A stretch of DNA of 63,536 nt, counting the filler, from Licmophora abbreviata (taxonomy: Eukaryota), in the NCBI GenBank assembly GCA_900291995.1. It is 15 parts of 15 records of this genome, joined end to end, with 100 filler letters (N's around TTAATTAATTAA, not from the genome) between each part and the next. Parts side by side here need not be neighbours in the genome. Positions count along the whole stretch, not along the records: positions 31,980 to 37,698 come from OLMU01000032.1; positions 37,799 to 41,438 come from OLMU01000033.1; positions 41,539 to 44,645 come from OLMU01000034.1; positions 44,746 to 45,943 come from OLMU01000036.1; positions 46,044 to 50,783 come from OLMU01000037.1; 10 more parts are not named here. One strand, written 5' to 3'. This document shows, piece after piece, positions 34,901 through 47,084 of this stretch. Made by a program: the position numbers and the translations under genes. The notes under the pieces were generated by a model. That model did not search any database. It was given only the letters and a program-made list of their open reading frames with translations, and was not told the origin of the DNA. Position 1 is the first letter of the stretch. Every line of letters begins with the position of its first letter.

Positions 34901-36637
34901 AATCTCCCAACCTTGTTGCGCGACAGTGAAGGCAGCTCGCTGGTGCTGATTAGCCCGTTACCAGGACACGCGTCCCCGGTGACGAATGAGACAATGAGTG
35001 CCTCGGGCTTGTCTATGGGGAGCACGACGTCAGGCGTGCGCTCCCTTAAGCGAGGTTTTGGTTCCGCCACCGAGCTTCCAAGCTCTGGGGCTCGTGATGA
35101 CCCCTGCGAGTTTGTAGACACCGCTCGATCGTATGTGATGCTTGACGAGGATCAAATACCTATCATGGAGCAAGTGGAAGTCAGGCGTTTCTCTCAGGAT
35201 CTCGATCATGTCTTCCTTTCGTTACAGAGGCAGAAATGCCGACGTGACGTTGTAGGAAATAATCAGTGCGCTAGCACGATCCCTCCCGACCGTACAAATC
35301 CAAAGGAAAGAAAGCCGGCCCTGAGTCTCGAAGCGATGGAGGTCGCAAGGAATGCGGGACTCGTATCTGTACTGCTTGAGAAGTCCGGGAAGAGAGGGGG
35401 TAAGCTGGGCAGCGTAGCTTCCAAGTGGCATTTGCACGTGACCCCGCCCATTTCAGTGCTGACAGAGCCAGTAACGTTGTACGCCACAATCGGGCCACGT
35501 GTTCCAATGCTTGTGGAGGCTTTTCTTGATGGTCACCTGCTTCGTCTTACGTGGGAGGTTCCATTCCCCATACGTCTGGTTCCGGAGGACCTTTCGCCGG
35601 GCGCCCACGTACTTGAGTTGCGCGTCATTGACTGGGGTGGAGAGACCGTGCTTGTTCACAAGGTGCACTTCGCCAGCGCCACCTATCCTTTCTTCTCGCC
35701 CTTGTCTCCGTTCTCTGTCAATCGCACGCTTACAGAGGATGATTCCCTCATACATCCGCTGTCTCCCTCACTGGTGCGCGCGTTGTTGAATCAGAGCACC
35801 GGGTCTGCAAGTCTCGATCAGCAGAAATTGGGTGCTGACATAAAGGGGCAATCCGAGAGTCTCGATCATGGAAGTGCACAGTCAGCAAATGTATCATGCT
35901 TCAGATTTGACTCAGATTTCTATGGCGTCGAGATGATAATCACCGATGCCGCTGCGGAGCTATCACATATCTTTGTTCGCAGTGCCACCAACCAAAGTGA
36001 GAGCGTAATTTTTGTGCAATTGCCTCCCTTGCCGGGTAAGGTGGGGTCGCAAGTGGGGTCGCAAGTCATTATCCCTCGAATTGTTGTGCTCGACCGGCAG
36101 ACGGATAAAATGTGGGCATTCCACACGGTGCGCCCCCTGAGACAGCGTCGCGGTGTGGTGAGTTGGAAAGCGGAGAAGGTGTCGATCGTGGAGAACCAAA
36201 GTACGACAATCGGTTACGTCGACAGCGTGGCTCCTCAACTCTTACCGGTCGGCCTTCTTCGGCTTGAGGAGCTCCGCAAGTTTTCTGCTGTAGATCATGC
36301 ACTGTGCCTGAGCGTGCATCAGGACAAGGCGGATATTCTTCCGATCGGCACTCACTTTCAGCTCCTTGCGGACAGCCCGCTCACGGAGTACGTATTGCCT
36401 GAGGCAACTACAGTGTTTCGCGCCTTGGAGCAGTACGGCTTTGTAGTGTGCGATTATCACGAGAGAGACTGGGAGAAGGAAGCCGTATTTGTCTTTTTCG
36501 AGCAGCACCTTGACAGCGAGGTTGGCTATTGGCTCCATCTCGTGGATGTGATGTCTGACTCGTTTCCGCTATTCCCGTGGCATCGTCTTCGCGCCACGAC
36601 GCTGGACTTCAGGTCGCCACACAGTGAGACGAGATAG
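31980..36637 (+). CDS. Multidomain glycosyltransferase-like protein (GT92/DUF23-like + GT-B-like + methyltransferase-like); one frameshift near 34695; probably continuous with 30194-31879
   Basis: LAVCGVF...LPEWLDFHSAQGVGHAFLYED, YQTCL...WIAF...DHYL, HYVTRS; VVAHDHFP...GHRI and GIVYTG...MRWF. ORFs 31983-34856 and 34505-36637 join with a 1-nt insertion. Confidence 0.7.
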
Positions 36638-36854
36638 TGCAGAATGCACGATTGCTACTAGAAGTAAGATTTATGATACCGTAGAGCATTGCTGTTCGTC
36701 GACTGGACTGTTGAAGATCCTCAAGCGAGAGGTCTGAGAGATCGTCGTTACTAAACAGAAAGTGTGTCAGAGCTCTATTGGACTACTACAACGATGCGAT
36801 TGAAAGCAACATGCCATTCTCATCTAGCGAATAAATCCATGAGACTGCGACTTT

Positions 36855-37664
36855 TCAAACGATCTCAAAAGGTGCACCCCCTAGCTGATCCTCAGCGTCC
36901 CACTGATCCCACCAGCATTGAAATTCTTCAAAGGTCAGGGTCCCGTCATCTTCCTTGTCCATGTAAAGGAACGCCGCTTCAACTTCTCGGCGATTCAAGT
37001 CCAAACCCATCTTGTCACTAAGAGTCTTGAATTGGCCAACCGTAATGCGCCCTTGCCCATCTATGTCGGCATCATTAAACTTGACACGAAGCGTCTGCTC
37101 TGAATACAAGGACTGACGAAGCGTTCGGAGCTTCTTGGCCGTTTGTTGACCGCTGACGACGTACGCGATGCCAATGAGGCACATGTATCCTCCAACAATC
37201 ATGTCCAGCAAACCAACCTGAGTGAGCTGCAGTGATCCAGCAATAAAGTAAAGTAGCCCACGGCCCCAAACGTACTTCAAGAACAGTGCATACTTATGAA
37301 GCTTTTGCCGAAAGGCACCCGAGACAAACGGCAATTTCCTCCCCTCCAAGAGAATGACAATGGCGCCGAGTACAAACGTGTAAATTTCGACCAGCGCAGC
37401 CAAGACACTAAGCCGCAGAAAGGTACTGACAAATCCGATTGCACTGACAGCAATCATGGCGATGCCTCCCAACAGCGCTAAAAGACGTATGGAAAAGTCG
37501 CCTTCGCTGGCCATGACGCGGAGTTCGCGAACTTTTTCTTTCGCAAACGCCCCGGTCCTTTGAGCATTCTCAGAGGTCAGAAGGTCACTTGCTACTGTAG
37601 CGGCGCCTGCCAGAGGTGTGCTTTCCACGGGCATGGCTTTGTGTGTTTGCCGAAAGATCCCCAT
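36855..37664 (-). CDS. TVP15/COPI-associated Golgi membrane domain protein with C-terminal EF-hand pair
   Basis: Four TM segments with FLKYVWGRGLLYFIAGSL; EF-hands DIDGQGRITVGQF and DKEDDGTLTFEEF. Confidence 0.85.
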   Translation of the reverse strand: MGIFRQTHKAMPVESTPLAGAATVASDLLTSENAQRTGAFAKEKVRELRVMASEGDFSIRLLALLGGIAMIAVSAIGFVSTFLRLSVLAALVEIYTFVLGAIVILLEGRKLPFVSGAFRQKLHKYALFLKYVWGRGLLYFIAGSLQLTQVGLLDMIVGGYMCLIGIAYVVSGQQTAKKLRTLRQSLYSEQTLRVKFNDADIDGQGRITVGQFKTLSDKMGLDLNRREVEAAFLYMDKEDDGTLTFEEFQCWWDQWDAEDQLGGAPFEIV

Positions 37665-38014
37665 TTGCTGCGGTGCGGAGTTGATGATGATCGCGGCGNN
37701 NNNNNNNNNNNNNNNNNNNNNNNNNNNNNNNNNNNNNNNNNNTTAATTAATTAANNNNNNNNNNNNNNNNNNNNNNNNNNNNNNNNNNNNNNNNNNNNGC
37801 GTTGTCAAGAGAAGATTTGCTTCCAGATTCATCATCACAGCTTGTGCACGAGCTGTGTTTTCGAGAGTGTCGTTGTATTAGAATCCATACGAAGGATACA
37901 AAGTGCATGATTTTGGAGGACTGATGGAGATGACGCTATTGTTGAAAAGCTTATCTTTAAGTTTGCCTCAGACCATACAGTTGCTATTACAAGAAAAGTA
38001 GACTCGACATACTA

Positions 38015-40071
38015 ATGGCCTCGCAGGAAATTCGTACAGGCCAGACGGGAAACTCCCATTCATCTACCATAGAGACTCCACCTCTCTTGGGAGAAGAACA
38101 TGCGATGAATGGCACTGCAGAGAAATCTGTGAGCGGGCGAAAGGACGAGGCGCAGAGCTCTAGCTCGGCCCTTGTCGACGCAACTCGCATGCCGGGAGAC
38201 CAAACAGCATCAATCTTCCCAAGACACGAGGAGGGGCCTCGGAGAAGTCGATCGTTTGCCAGAATTCCCCTTCCGCCGCCACCCTCAGAAATGATTGCGT
38301 ATGAGGAACATCCACAGGGTGGTAGTGGAGGAGAGAAGGAGCTTCCTATCGCAGGCGAGGCTACTAGTCAGAAAACAGCACTACTACAAAGCTCCTTCGA
38401 TTTCCCTCCACAAGCTGATGCCACTGAAGAAAGTGGCGGGACCAATCTTGACCTCTTGGAGCTTAGTGGAGTGCTTGTGGGAGGAGATGACCCGCAGCCC
38501 GATTCGCGAGGAGAGCAAGATACGTTGAAAGACTGGATGACCTTCTCACCTCCAGCGTCCTTGAACGACAAAGTCTCCTTACCCTACAGCGCCGGCGGGT
38601 CACGGGCACTCAACATACGACAGCTGACCACACAGGATGATATTGCCGTACATTCATCGTCAGTAGCATCTTCCGCTGTATCTCGGAGCACGGCAGGATC
38701 GCAGACACCACCGACTTCCTCGTTTTTGTCCACTGGAAAGCTCAGTGGACCGACGAGGACAGTCTTGTACAGTGCGGTTGGGTCTCTTGATATTTCCTCG
38801 GATGGTTACAAATCCCTGTTTACAACGAGTGCCGGGCGGGACTTTCAGGGACCAGGTACGGAGCCAGGTATCGCTGCCGGGGCTCTTCACGCTCCTCAGC
38901 CAAAGGACGCTGCGAGGAGTCGTCCAGTGATTCCACCGGTCGATTCCTCCGTCAAACAGCATGTAGCAACCGAGCGCGAGAAGTCTAAAGGTGCGACTCG
39001 AAAATCCGCTAACGCAAAGAAAGCTTCGAGTACAGCCGTGCCGAAGACGGAAGCAACAAAGCCGAAAGTGCTCTTGAAGGACGACAAGACACAAAAGAAG
39101 GGCAAGAAGAAAGTAACTATTCGGAAGACGGTCGAGGCGTTCGTTCCATCTTGCGCTGCCTACACGCCACTACTGAAGAAGAAAAAATTTGAGTATCGTC
39201 CAGCCGAAAAGCGCACCCCGATGCAGACAATGTCGTCCACCATGGGAACTCTTGCACGACCTAATTTTCGTGATGCGCTGCGCCGAGTGGCCATGATTTT
39301 GAGGCAGCACATTGTCAAAATTGAGCATCGTTTTGACAACCCAGACCGACGAAACGTCTTATTTGATCCCTCCATGAAGGAAGCCTTCTTCGAGGACGAG
39401 TTCTTGATTCCGCGATACAAATGTACAATGGTGCGAGTCCCCATGGCTCGTCCCAGTATGGTGTATGCTATGCGTCAGATTCGCACCAAGTACTCTATTC
39501 CATCTGAAGAGGAGATTTACGAATTTGCACACCAGCTGTTCAAATCGGTGCAGCTCTCCTCAGAATGTTCGATTGTATGCCTCATCTACGTAGAGCGATT
39601 GATGGAAATTGCCAAGGTCCCGCTGCTGGCATGCACGTGGAGGCCCATTTTCATGTGTGGCTTGCTGCTCGCGTCCAAGGTGTGGCAGGATCTGGCGTCC
39701 TGGAATATTGAGTTCTCAAGCGTGTATCCTCAGTATTCCTTGGTTGCGATCAATCGATTGGAGTTGAAATTTCTTAGAATGGTCAAGTGGGATCTTTACA
39801 TCTCGAGCAGGTGAGTCGGACTCGTGTGTGCGAGTTACGCGAATACAGTGCTCGATTCTAACTTATTGTTATCCATCGAAACGTCAGTTTGTACGCAAAG
39901 TACTACTTTGCGTTGCGATCGCTTGTCGAAAAGAAAGATTTTCGCCAGCGATACAATCGAATGGTTGGCGGTGTTGGCAGTGTTGCAGCATCAGAAGCGA
40001 AGAAGGTTCAGGAGAGAACTGAATTATTGAAGGAAGATGCACTCAATCAGTTAAGCATGAGCTTGTCATAG
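38015..40071 (+). CDS. Cyclin Y-like (cyclin N-domain) protein; intron 39811-39887
   Basis: QLSSECSIVCLIYVERL, WRPIFMCGLLLASKVWQD, INRLELKFL...WDLYISSS|LYAKYYFALR. Confidence 0.9.
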
Positions 40072-40327
40072 ATTCGCTCTCTCTAGAGACTGCATGAGCG
40101 GTCAAATTTCTATATACTATAGACGCGTCACAATCAGGTATCTCGCGACGAGAAAGGGAGCGTTGGTGGTGCTGATAGCATATCGTACGACCTTACGGGG
40201 GTGGTGTATGTGTTAGAGGGTCTGCACTGCGCGGCGTCTGGCCATCAGTGCGCGGGTTTTGAGACCGACAACAACAAAATCTCCCACACGAATCTTCGCG
40301 ACCATCATATCTCAGCCGTCAACCAGC

Positions 40328-42077
40328 ATGACGACGACGACGACAGCGAAGGGTGGAAGCAGTGGCAAAGCGTCGGAGCCTGTTACAGTGGAAGATCCGA
40401 GTATACCTCCAACAACGTTATCTTCTGAAGTCCTGAAGCCGAATAAGGCGAAGAAACGGAAACGAGCGTCCCCCAAGAAGACTACTCCCGCCACCGCTCC
40501 ACCGCCATCCCGCACTCTCATTATTGACAATGGCGGCGACACTCTCAAATACGGATTTTCATCGTCGCAATCGCCTCAAAAACTATTGAATGTCACTGCA
40601 CGATTAAAGCACCAGTGGACTGTCTTGGTTGGCGACGAAGTGGCCACCGTAGCCCCAACTCAGATTGAGTCTCTTGTGCGATCTACCGAGCGAGGGCATA
40701 TCGTCAACCTAGGGAACCAGACACAAGTATGGAAGTGTCTATTGGACCAGCTCGGTGTAGTGGTGCCAACCACCACTGAGGCTGCGACACTTTTTGGGTG
40801 GAAAGTCGCAAGAGGCCCCAAAGGACAGAGTGCAGCGCCAAATACACCACCCTCGATATCACCCCAATCTATCGCTGTCTTGCTGTTGGTGCCACCCTTC
40901 TGTCCTCGGAGCGTACTCGAACAAATCATGCACGTGTGGTTTCAAGACTTTGGTGTGGCGCATGTAGGTTTTGCTGTGTCGCCGGAATGTGCGGCAAAGG
41001 GAGGTATCACCAACACTACGCCTGGTAGTGATGGTGGTAGCAGCAATACAGCTGCCTGTCGATGCGTCGTGGACATTGGCTGGAGCGCCACGCACATTGT
41101 TCCCACCTACGAAGGAAAAATCATTGACCCGTCGTCTATCCGCCGAGTCAATATTGGCGGTCGCCACTTGATCAATCTCTACAAATACTACTCGAGCTAC
41201 CGCCAGTGGAACTTGATGGATCAAGAGTTTTTACTGAAGGATGTAATGGAAAGGCTTGGCTATGTGTCTCTGAAATTCGACGAGGAACTGAAGCTGGCTC
41301 GGAGTGTGGTGATTGGCAGACGGCCGTATGATCGTGACTATGTTCTGCCGGACTACCAGACGACGCACAAAGGTCGTGTGGTCATTCCTGCTGCATTGCA
41401 ACGTACTCTAGAAGCCGAGCGTGCCGCGGAACAAGCCGNNNNNNNNNNNNNNNNNNNNNNNNNNNNNNNNNNNNNNNNNNNNTTAATTAATTAANNNNNN
41501 NNNNNNNNNNNNNNNNNNNNNNNNNNNNNNNNNNNNNNGCATTGATGCTGGCTCGGAGGAAGAAGAAAATGAAGAGGAGCGACGAAAACATATCGCCAAG
41601 CAACGCCACGAAGAAGAGCGACGGAAACGAGATCAGGAGCTGGAGCAGCAAGTGCTGCAAGTTTCAGTTGAGCGTTTTGCCATCCCTGAAGTCATCTTCC
41701 GACCTTCCGACGCAGGCTTATCTGTGGAGACATCCGGAATCCCGCAAGCGATCGGGGCCGCTGTTGCGGCGAGTCCACCCATGTATCGCGCCGCACTGTA
41801 CGAATCCATCTTTCTGACCGGTGGACTTTCGCAGCTGCCCCATCTGAAGGCGCGGCTGTTGGGAGAGGTACGTTGCTTGGCACCATCGCAATATGTGGTT
41901 CGCGTTGAAACGGCGGAAACTCCGGTGGTTCAATCATGGCGAGGGGCCAGGGAGTGGGTACAGCAGGTGTCTCACACGGAATGGAGTATTAGCAGCATAG
42001 ACTGGGAGTCGTCCAAGAAGAAGACGTCGAAGTCCTGGCATCGTCTTCTTCGCAAAGATGGTGGGGCCCTTGTATGA
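40328..42077 (+). CDS. ARP6: Actin-related protein 6 (SWR1 complex); spans gap 41439-41538
   Basis: LIIDNGGDTLKYG, VVDIGWSATHIVP, RRVNIGGRHL, SYRQWNLMD, YVLPDY, ERFAIPEVIFRPSDAG, LTGG. Confidence 0.9.
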
Positions 42078-42506
42078 TGCCGAGGAAGTTGTTCAGAGAT
42101 ATCCCTTCGAGGTATATACATAGTAGAACATTGACATGATTTGTCCGGACGTGGGGAGTTTTACCGCCAGCCATTACTTTTACGATGAAGTTCTTCGCGA
42201 GAACAGCTCCCATATCACATCTATTATCCTTAGAGGCTTACATTGCCTATTAGATCTTAAAAGGTAATAGTCTCATAGGCTTGATCAGCCGTTGTTTGAG
42301 CTTGGGCCCGGTTCCCGCGGTCACACTTCTTCTAGGAGTGGAGGGATGGAATCAGGCATCCTCGTCGGCAACAAGCTAGCGCGCCCCGTATAAAACGCTT
42401 TCACAAAACATCTCTGCGCACCTTTGACCATGATGAGCGAACACAGCCATTCTCGTGCACACCGAACTGTGAAACGGACACTGATCGATGGAAAATAGTT
42501 ACCATC

Positions 42507-44645
42507 ATGTCTGACCATGCCTGGCTGCGAGTGTGTGAACTGCCGACCCTTCTTCTTGAAAAAATGGGAGCAAAGCCTTTTGACGCAGTTTGTCTCCTCC
42601 GGGCTACTATTACTAGTGATGGTGGACAAGACAACGTTGGCGCCGCCAATTTCGGTTCGGAATTGACGAGTATTATTCTCCAGGTCGTTCCGTCAAGGTC
42701 AAACGATGCAGATAGGAATAAGTGCGTGCGAATTCACCCCGATCTGTGGGATTATCTTGAGAGTGTTGTCTCCGCGTGTTCTACCCTGCTTGGAGAACAA
42801 TTATCAGCTGTACAGGAACCATCAAGCCCCATTGTACCGGTATCCATCGAACCTATGATGCTTGAAAATCATATTCCGATAGATTTCGATGACATACCGT
42901 CCCAGTCGCGTCGAAGTGGATGGGAACTGGCAAAATGTGATGTCGTTGACCTTCCTGTGGGCTCCAGAGTACACTTGACGTGCTTGTATACAGAGAACTC
43001 TCAACTGGAGCGACAAATGTCGCATGCCTTGGAAGGAATCCTAGTTCGGACGGGAACCACATTTCTTCTGCCAGACAGCTCGTGCCTTGTGGTGAACGAT
43101 ATTGTGGGCCCTGATGGGGTAATGCTGTCGAGTCAGCATACTTTCAGAATACGATCGAGACGGACATTTGAAACCGTTCTGTCATCTCATGACTGTTCGT
43201 CGCTAGACGTCCAGGAATCTTCGGATGGAGACGAGGTTCGCGACTGCCCTGGATATGAGCCGCTCGTGCAACAAATTATTTCTCTGTTTCATATGCCTCG
43301 GCAGATCGCCCCGTCTGCGATTCTCGTGACGGGAGGTGCAGGCGTGGGCAAGTCGCGACTGGTCTCTTGTATTGCCAATTATGAGTTGGACCAGACACCT
43401 GTACACTGGGTGTCCGTGCGAACCATGCTACTACGTGCGTCGTGGGCATCGCACTCCGATATGGTAAACATGCTCCGAATACCTTCACGGAATGAACGCT
43501 CCATGCTTGTCATCGAAGATCTGCACTTGTTGTCCAACACAAATGCCGATGAGTCGTCGAGACACGACCCTGGGCTGCTCTTGGTGCGCAACGCAATTCT
43601 GATAGTGATTGATGAGATGGCGTCACACCCGCAAGGTCCTTTTGTTATTGGCATAGGACGCAGTGCTGCTCACCTACCTGGAAAATTCACCAAGGTGGGC
43701 CGTTTCGAGAAGGAAATATGCATGTCAGCGCCGACACAGGCGCAACGACAAGCCATTCTTTGCAGCCTATTGCAAGATGTCAACGGCTCCCAGTCTCGCC
43801 TAAAGTGGATATTGGCTTTGCTACCTCTCACTGCTGGTTGCGTAGCGGCGGATTTACGTCGTTTGTGTGCTGATGCCTGGACGCGTGCCCAGTGCCGAGG
43901 CCCCGAAGAGATGAGCCGTCTGACATGGAATGATCTACATGAAGCGGCACGCCATATCATCCCATCCGAGCTTGCCCAGCTCGACGTTTTGAGATCACCC
44001 GTGTTTCCCCATGATGGGAAGCAGCCCGCTCGCTGGTCAGACATTCATCAGTGGAGCTGGCGCAAGTTTGGTGGATACACGGAATTGAAACGCCGCCTCT
44101 ATACAACCGTCGTAGCACCATGGCGACGCTACCTAACTCATACCGATTCAGTCAATGGCGTGCATTCATTACAGATTTCGCCTCCAAAAGGCGTTCTTTT
44201 TCATGGAAGGCCGGGGACCGGTAAAACGTTTGCCGCTGAGTGCTTGGCATCTTCACTTGGTCTAAACGTTGTGAAGGTACGTACGTACGATGCATCGGTT
44301 GGGGAGTGAGATGATTGATGGATATTCTCATTTTTCAATTGCCATTATTTAGGTAAGAGCTTCGGACGTGCTGGACAAGTGGCTCGGTGGGTCGGAAGCT
44401 GCGGTTCGATCGTTGTTTGCGCGGGCTCGAGCTGCTTCCCCTTGTATTCTTTCCTTCGATGAAATCGATTCCATTGCAAGCAACCGCGGACGTGAAGGAT
44501 CGGGAGCCGATGTGACCTCACGCGTCCTCACAACGTTTCTGAATGAGATGGACGGCATCTCTAGCGGGGGCATCTCACACGGAGGTGTCCTTGTCGTAGC
44601 ATGTACAAACCGACTGGAGTCGATCGATGCCGCACTTCTTCGGCC
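42507..44645 (+). CDS. CDC48/AFG2-like double-ring AAA+ ATPase; intron 44277-44352; 3' end in gap
   Basis: D1 GGAGVGKS...GRFEKEI...GCVAADL; D2 PPKGVLFHGRPGTGKT, FDEID, LNEMDG, TNRLESIDAALLR. Confidence 0.88.
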
Positions 44646-44745
44646 NNNNNNNNNNNNNNNNNNNNNNNNNNNNNNNNNNNNNNNNNNNNTTAATTAATTA
44701 ANNNNNNNNNNNNNNNNNNNNNNNNNNNNNNNNNNNNNNNNNNNN

Positions 44746-45182
44746 CCCCATAGAACAACAGTGCTCCCAATCTGTGCATTCTGGAAGGCTGCAAGTGCTC
44801 GCTCATAGCATGAAACAGCAGCAGATGGGTCTCCGAGGCGTAATAAGGTGTCACCGCAATTTTTCCAGCTGGAAACAGATTCCATTTTTGTGTATATGCT
44901 GCGTTCTGTCGTTTCTTCGAAAGTCAAAAGCGGCTTGATCTCGGATAGGGGAACTTTGGATTCCTCTTCATCCGACGAAGGTGGCAGCAACAATGGGGAA
45001 ATTCGGAAGGACGTGCCGTCGCTAGGCTGCGGCGCCATATCATCCCAAATCAGTTCAGCGGCTTGATCGTCGAGCAGTAAGGTCGCCACGGTGGCTCGGC
45101 TCCTTTTCCCGGATCCTCTACGGGCACGGACCCCCGATCCGACTTTTATCCACTCATACTTGTTGTCAATGCCGACACTCAT
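44746..45182 (-). CDS. Hypothetical protein with TPR-like repeat, 3' partial
   Basis: 162-aa ORF running into the gap; WKNCGDTLLRLGDPSAAVSCYERAL is TPR-like. Confidence 0.6.
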
Positions 45183-45449
45183 TGGTTGAAAAGCCTTTGT
45201 TCGTTGGCTTTCTTAGGCAGTTGGTGGCAGCAACTCACGAACGAGAGGGACCGTCAACATCAGAAGTCGTAACACTCCTCTCACATTATTGGCATGACTG
45301 CGCACGTCGGGGGGAAGCAAGACGGCGACAAACAAAAATGGGCAGAAGGTACATATGATACGGGTGTATAGCTACCGGCACATACCGTTAAGTACTGTTT
45401 CACTTGCTAGAGCTAGCTATCCCAAGCTGTATGCTACCAATTTCTGTCA

Positions 45450-46791
45450 CTAAGAAGGACTGGTGAAGAGTCGGCGGCGACGCCCCGACTTGCCAGTCTC
45501 GAATATCACGCGGCGCTGGGCAAGCACGTCCAATCCGACCACCGCAGCTGGTCCCATGTACGCCGCCATGCCGTCCCCGAGCACCTGCGAAAAGACAGGA
45601 AGGTCGCCAATGCCGGCATACACTCCTTTCCATGGCTTCCAAGAGGGCGGAGGCGCTCGAAAGGTCCTGGTCGTCGGATCTGCGTCCCCTGCGAAAGTGA
45701 ACTGAACCTCCTTCATCGGAAGATACTGCGGTCGCCCATCCACCCCGATCGCGGCCGTCAATGGAGACGTCTTATAGGCACTTTGATTATTCTTTGGTGG
45801 GAGTCCCAATAGTTCCGCCCCTGCCCAGTTAACCGCGCTGAAGGTGGCACCGCAATCAAGGATTGCGGCAATCGGCTGAGCATTCGACCCCGCCTGTGGG
45901 CTCGTGAGACGCATGCCGAGAAGAAGTGTTTCATTCAGTATGGNNNNNNNNNNNNNNNNNNNNNNNNNNNNNNNNNNNNNNNNNNNNTTAATTAATTAAN
46001 NNNNNNNNNNNNNNNNNNNNNNNNNNNNNNNNNNNNNNNNNNNGATGCCTGAGCTGCGGCCGTTCCTGGTGTCCACAAGCGGAGTCGGCCCTTTGGAAAG
46101 TCGAAGTCCACATCGAAGAGCTGCAGCATCTCCATGCCGAGCATTCCCTCCACTGGGTCGTGTGTCGGATCAATATGCTCTTGCGGCAAATCCGTCACAA
46201 TAGCATCCAGTGGCGGTAGAGGCAAGGTGGTAGCCTGAGGATCCGCAAAGTTGCCGCAGCAAAGTGCTGCCCGCGTAAGTTTCACCACCTCTCCGCCTCT
46301 TGTGCTCCCGCCAGCGCCTAGACCTTGGACTGTTGGTCCGCCACTGCCCCCGAGCCCCAACGACTGTTGTAGATGGGGAGTAATGAGCTCCGTTGTCAAC
46401 CCCGTGTCAACCATGAAATCGAACGGACCCCGGCCATCGATGGTCAGTTTCACGGCAACGTATTCGCGACCCACCGCTGATTTCGGAAGCTTCAAACGAA
46501 TCATTGGCAAATCCGCCAGCAGACCCACAGTGGGGGCTGCACTTGCGAAAGCTGACGACGCATGTTTAGACAGGCAAAAGGTAGCGCTGCGCCACCCAAG
46601 TGAAGAAGGTGCTGCCGTCGAGACTCCGAGAAGTCATCGTCTTGATCCCTTTTCGATTCTTGCAACCTTGTTACTTTCATTCGATGAAGCGGCGCCGATA
46701 TCTCGGGGTGATTCCGAGCCAGTGCCAAGGCCTCCACCTTATACCCACCAGCTATGAAGAGAGACCATAAAAACGTTTGAAAGCACTTCAT
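45450..46791 (-). CDS. Two-domain retropepsin-like (bacterial-type) aspartyl protease with probable plastid/thylakoid targeting; frameshift near 46577; spans gap 45944-46043
   Basis: PFDFMVDTG...GMLGMEML...DFDFPKGRLRL and AILDCGATFS...VVGLDVL. N-terminal signal peptide MKCFQTFLWSLFIAG, then SRRQHLL + hydrophobic stretch + AFA. Confidence 0.8.
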
Positions 46792-47084
46792 GGTGGGGTT
46801 CTCAACATCAAAAGGTGCATCATGATGTGCCAAGAATCTTTTCAGATGTCGCGGTGAAGTATTGGCGCGCATTTTTTTTAGAGCCTTGCACACAAAACGC
46901 GCGACGTTTATTGCGCGACGACGATGGACCGAGCGACGCGCGATGAGTCGAGTCGACAAAAGACAAAAAAGAAAATCGAAAAAGGAAGACACAAAATGGT
47001 GTAGCTGAAGTCAGTTGTTAGGCGCAACCTTGCAGGATGTTTCATTGCGATGGCAGGTAAAACTTTGCCCGCTGGTACCTCGAA

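Noticed and set aside
45450..46528. Retropepsin-like DTG domain as part of an LTR retrotransposon
   Set aside because: No gag, RT, integrase or LTRs nearby; the tandem domains and targeting peptide indicate a cellular enzyme.
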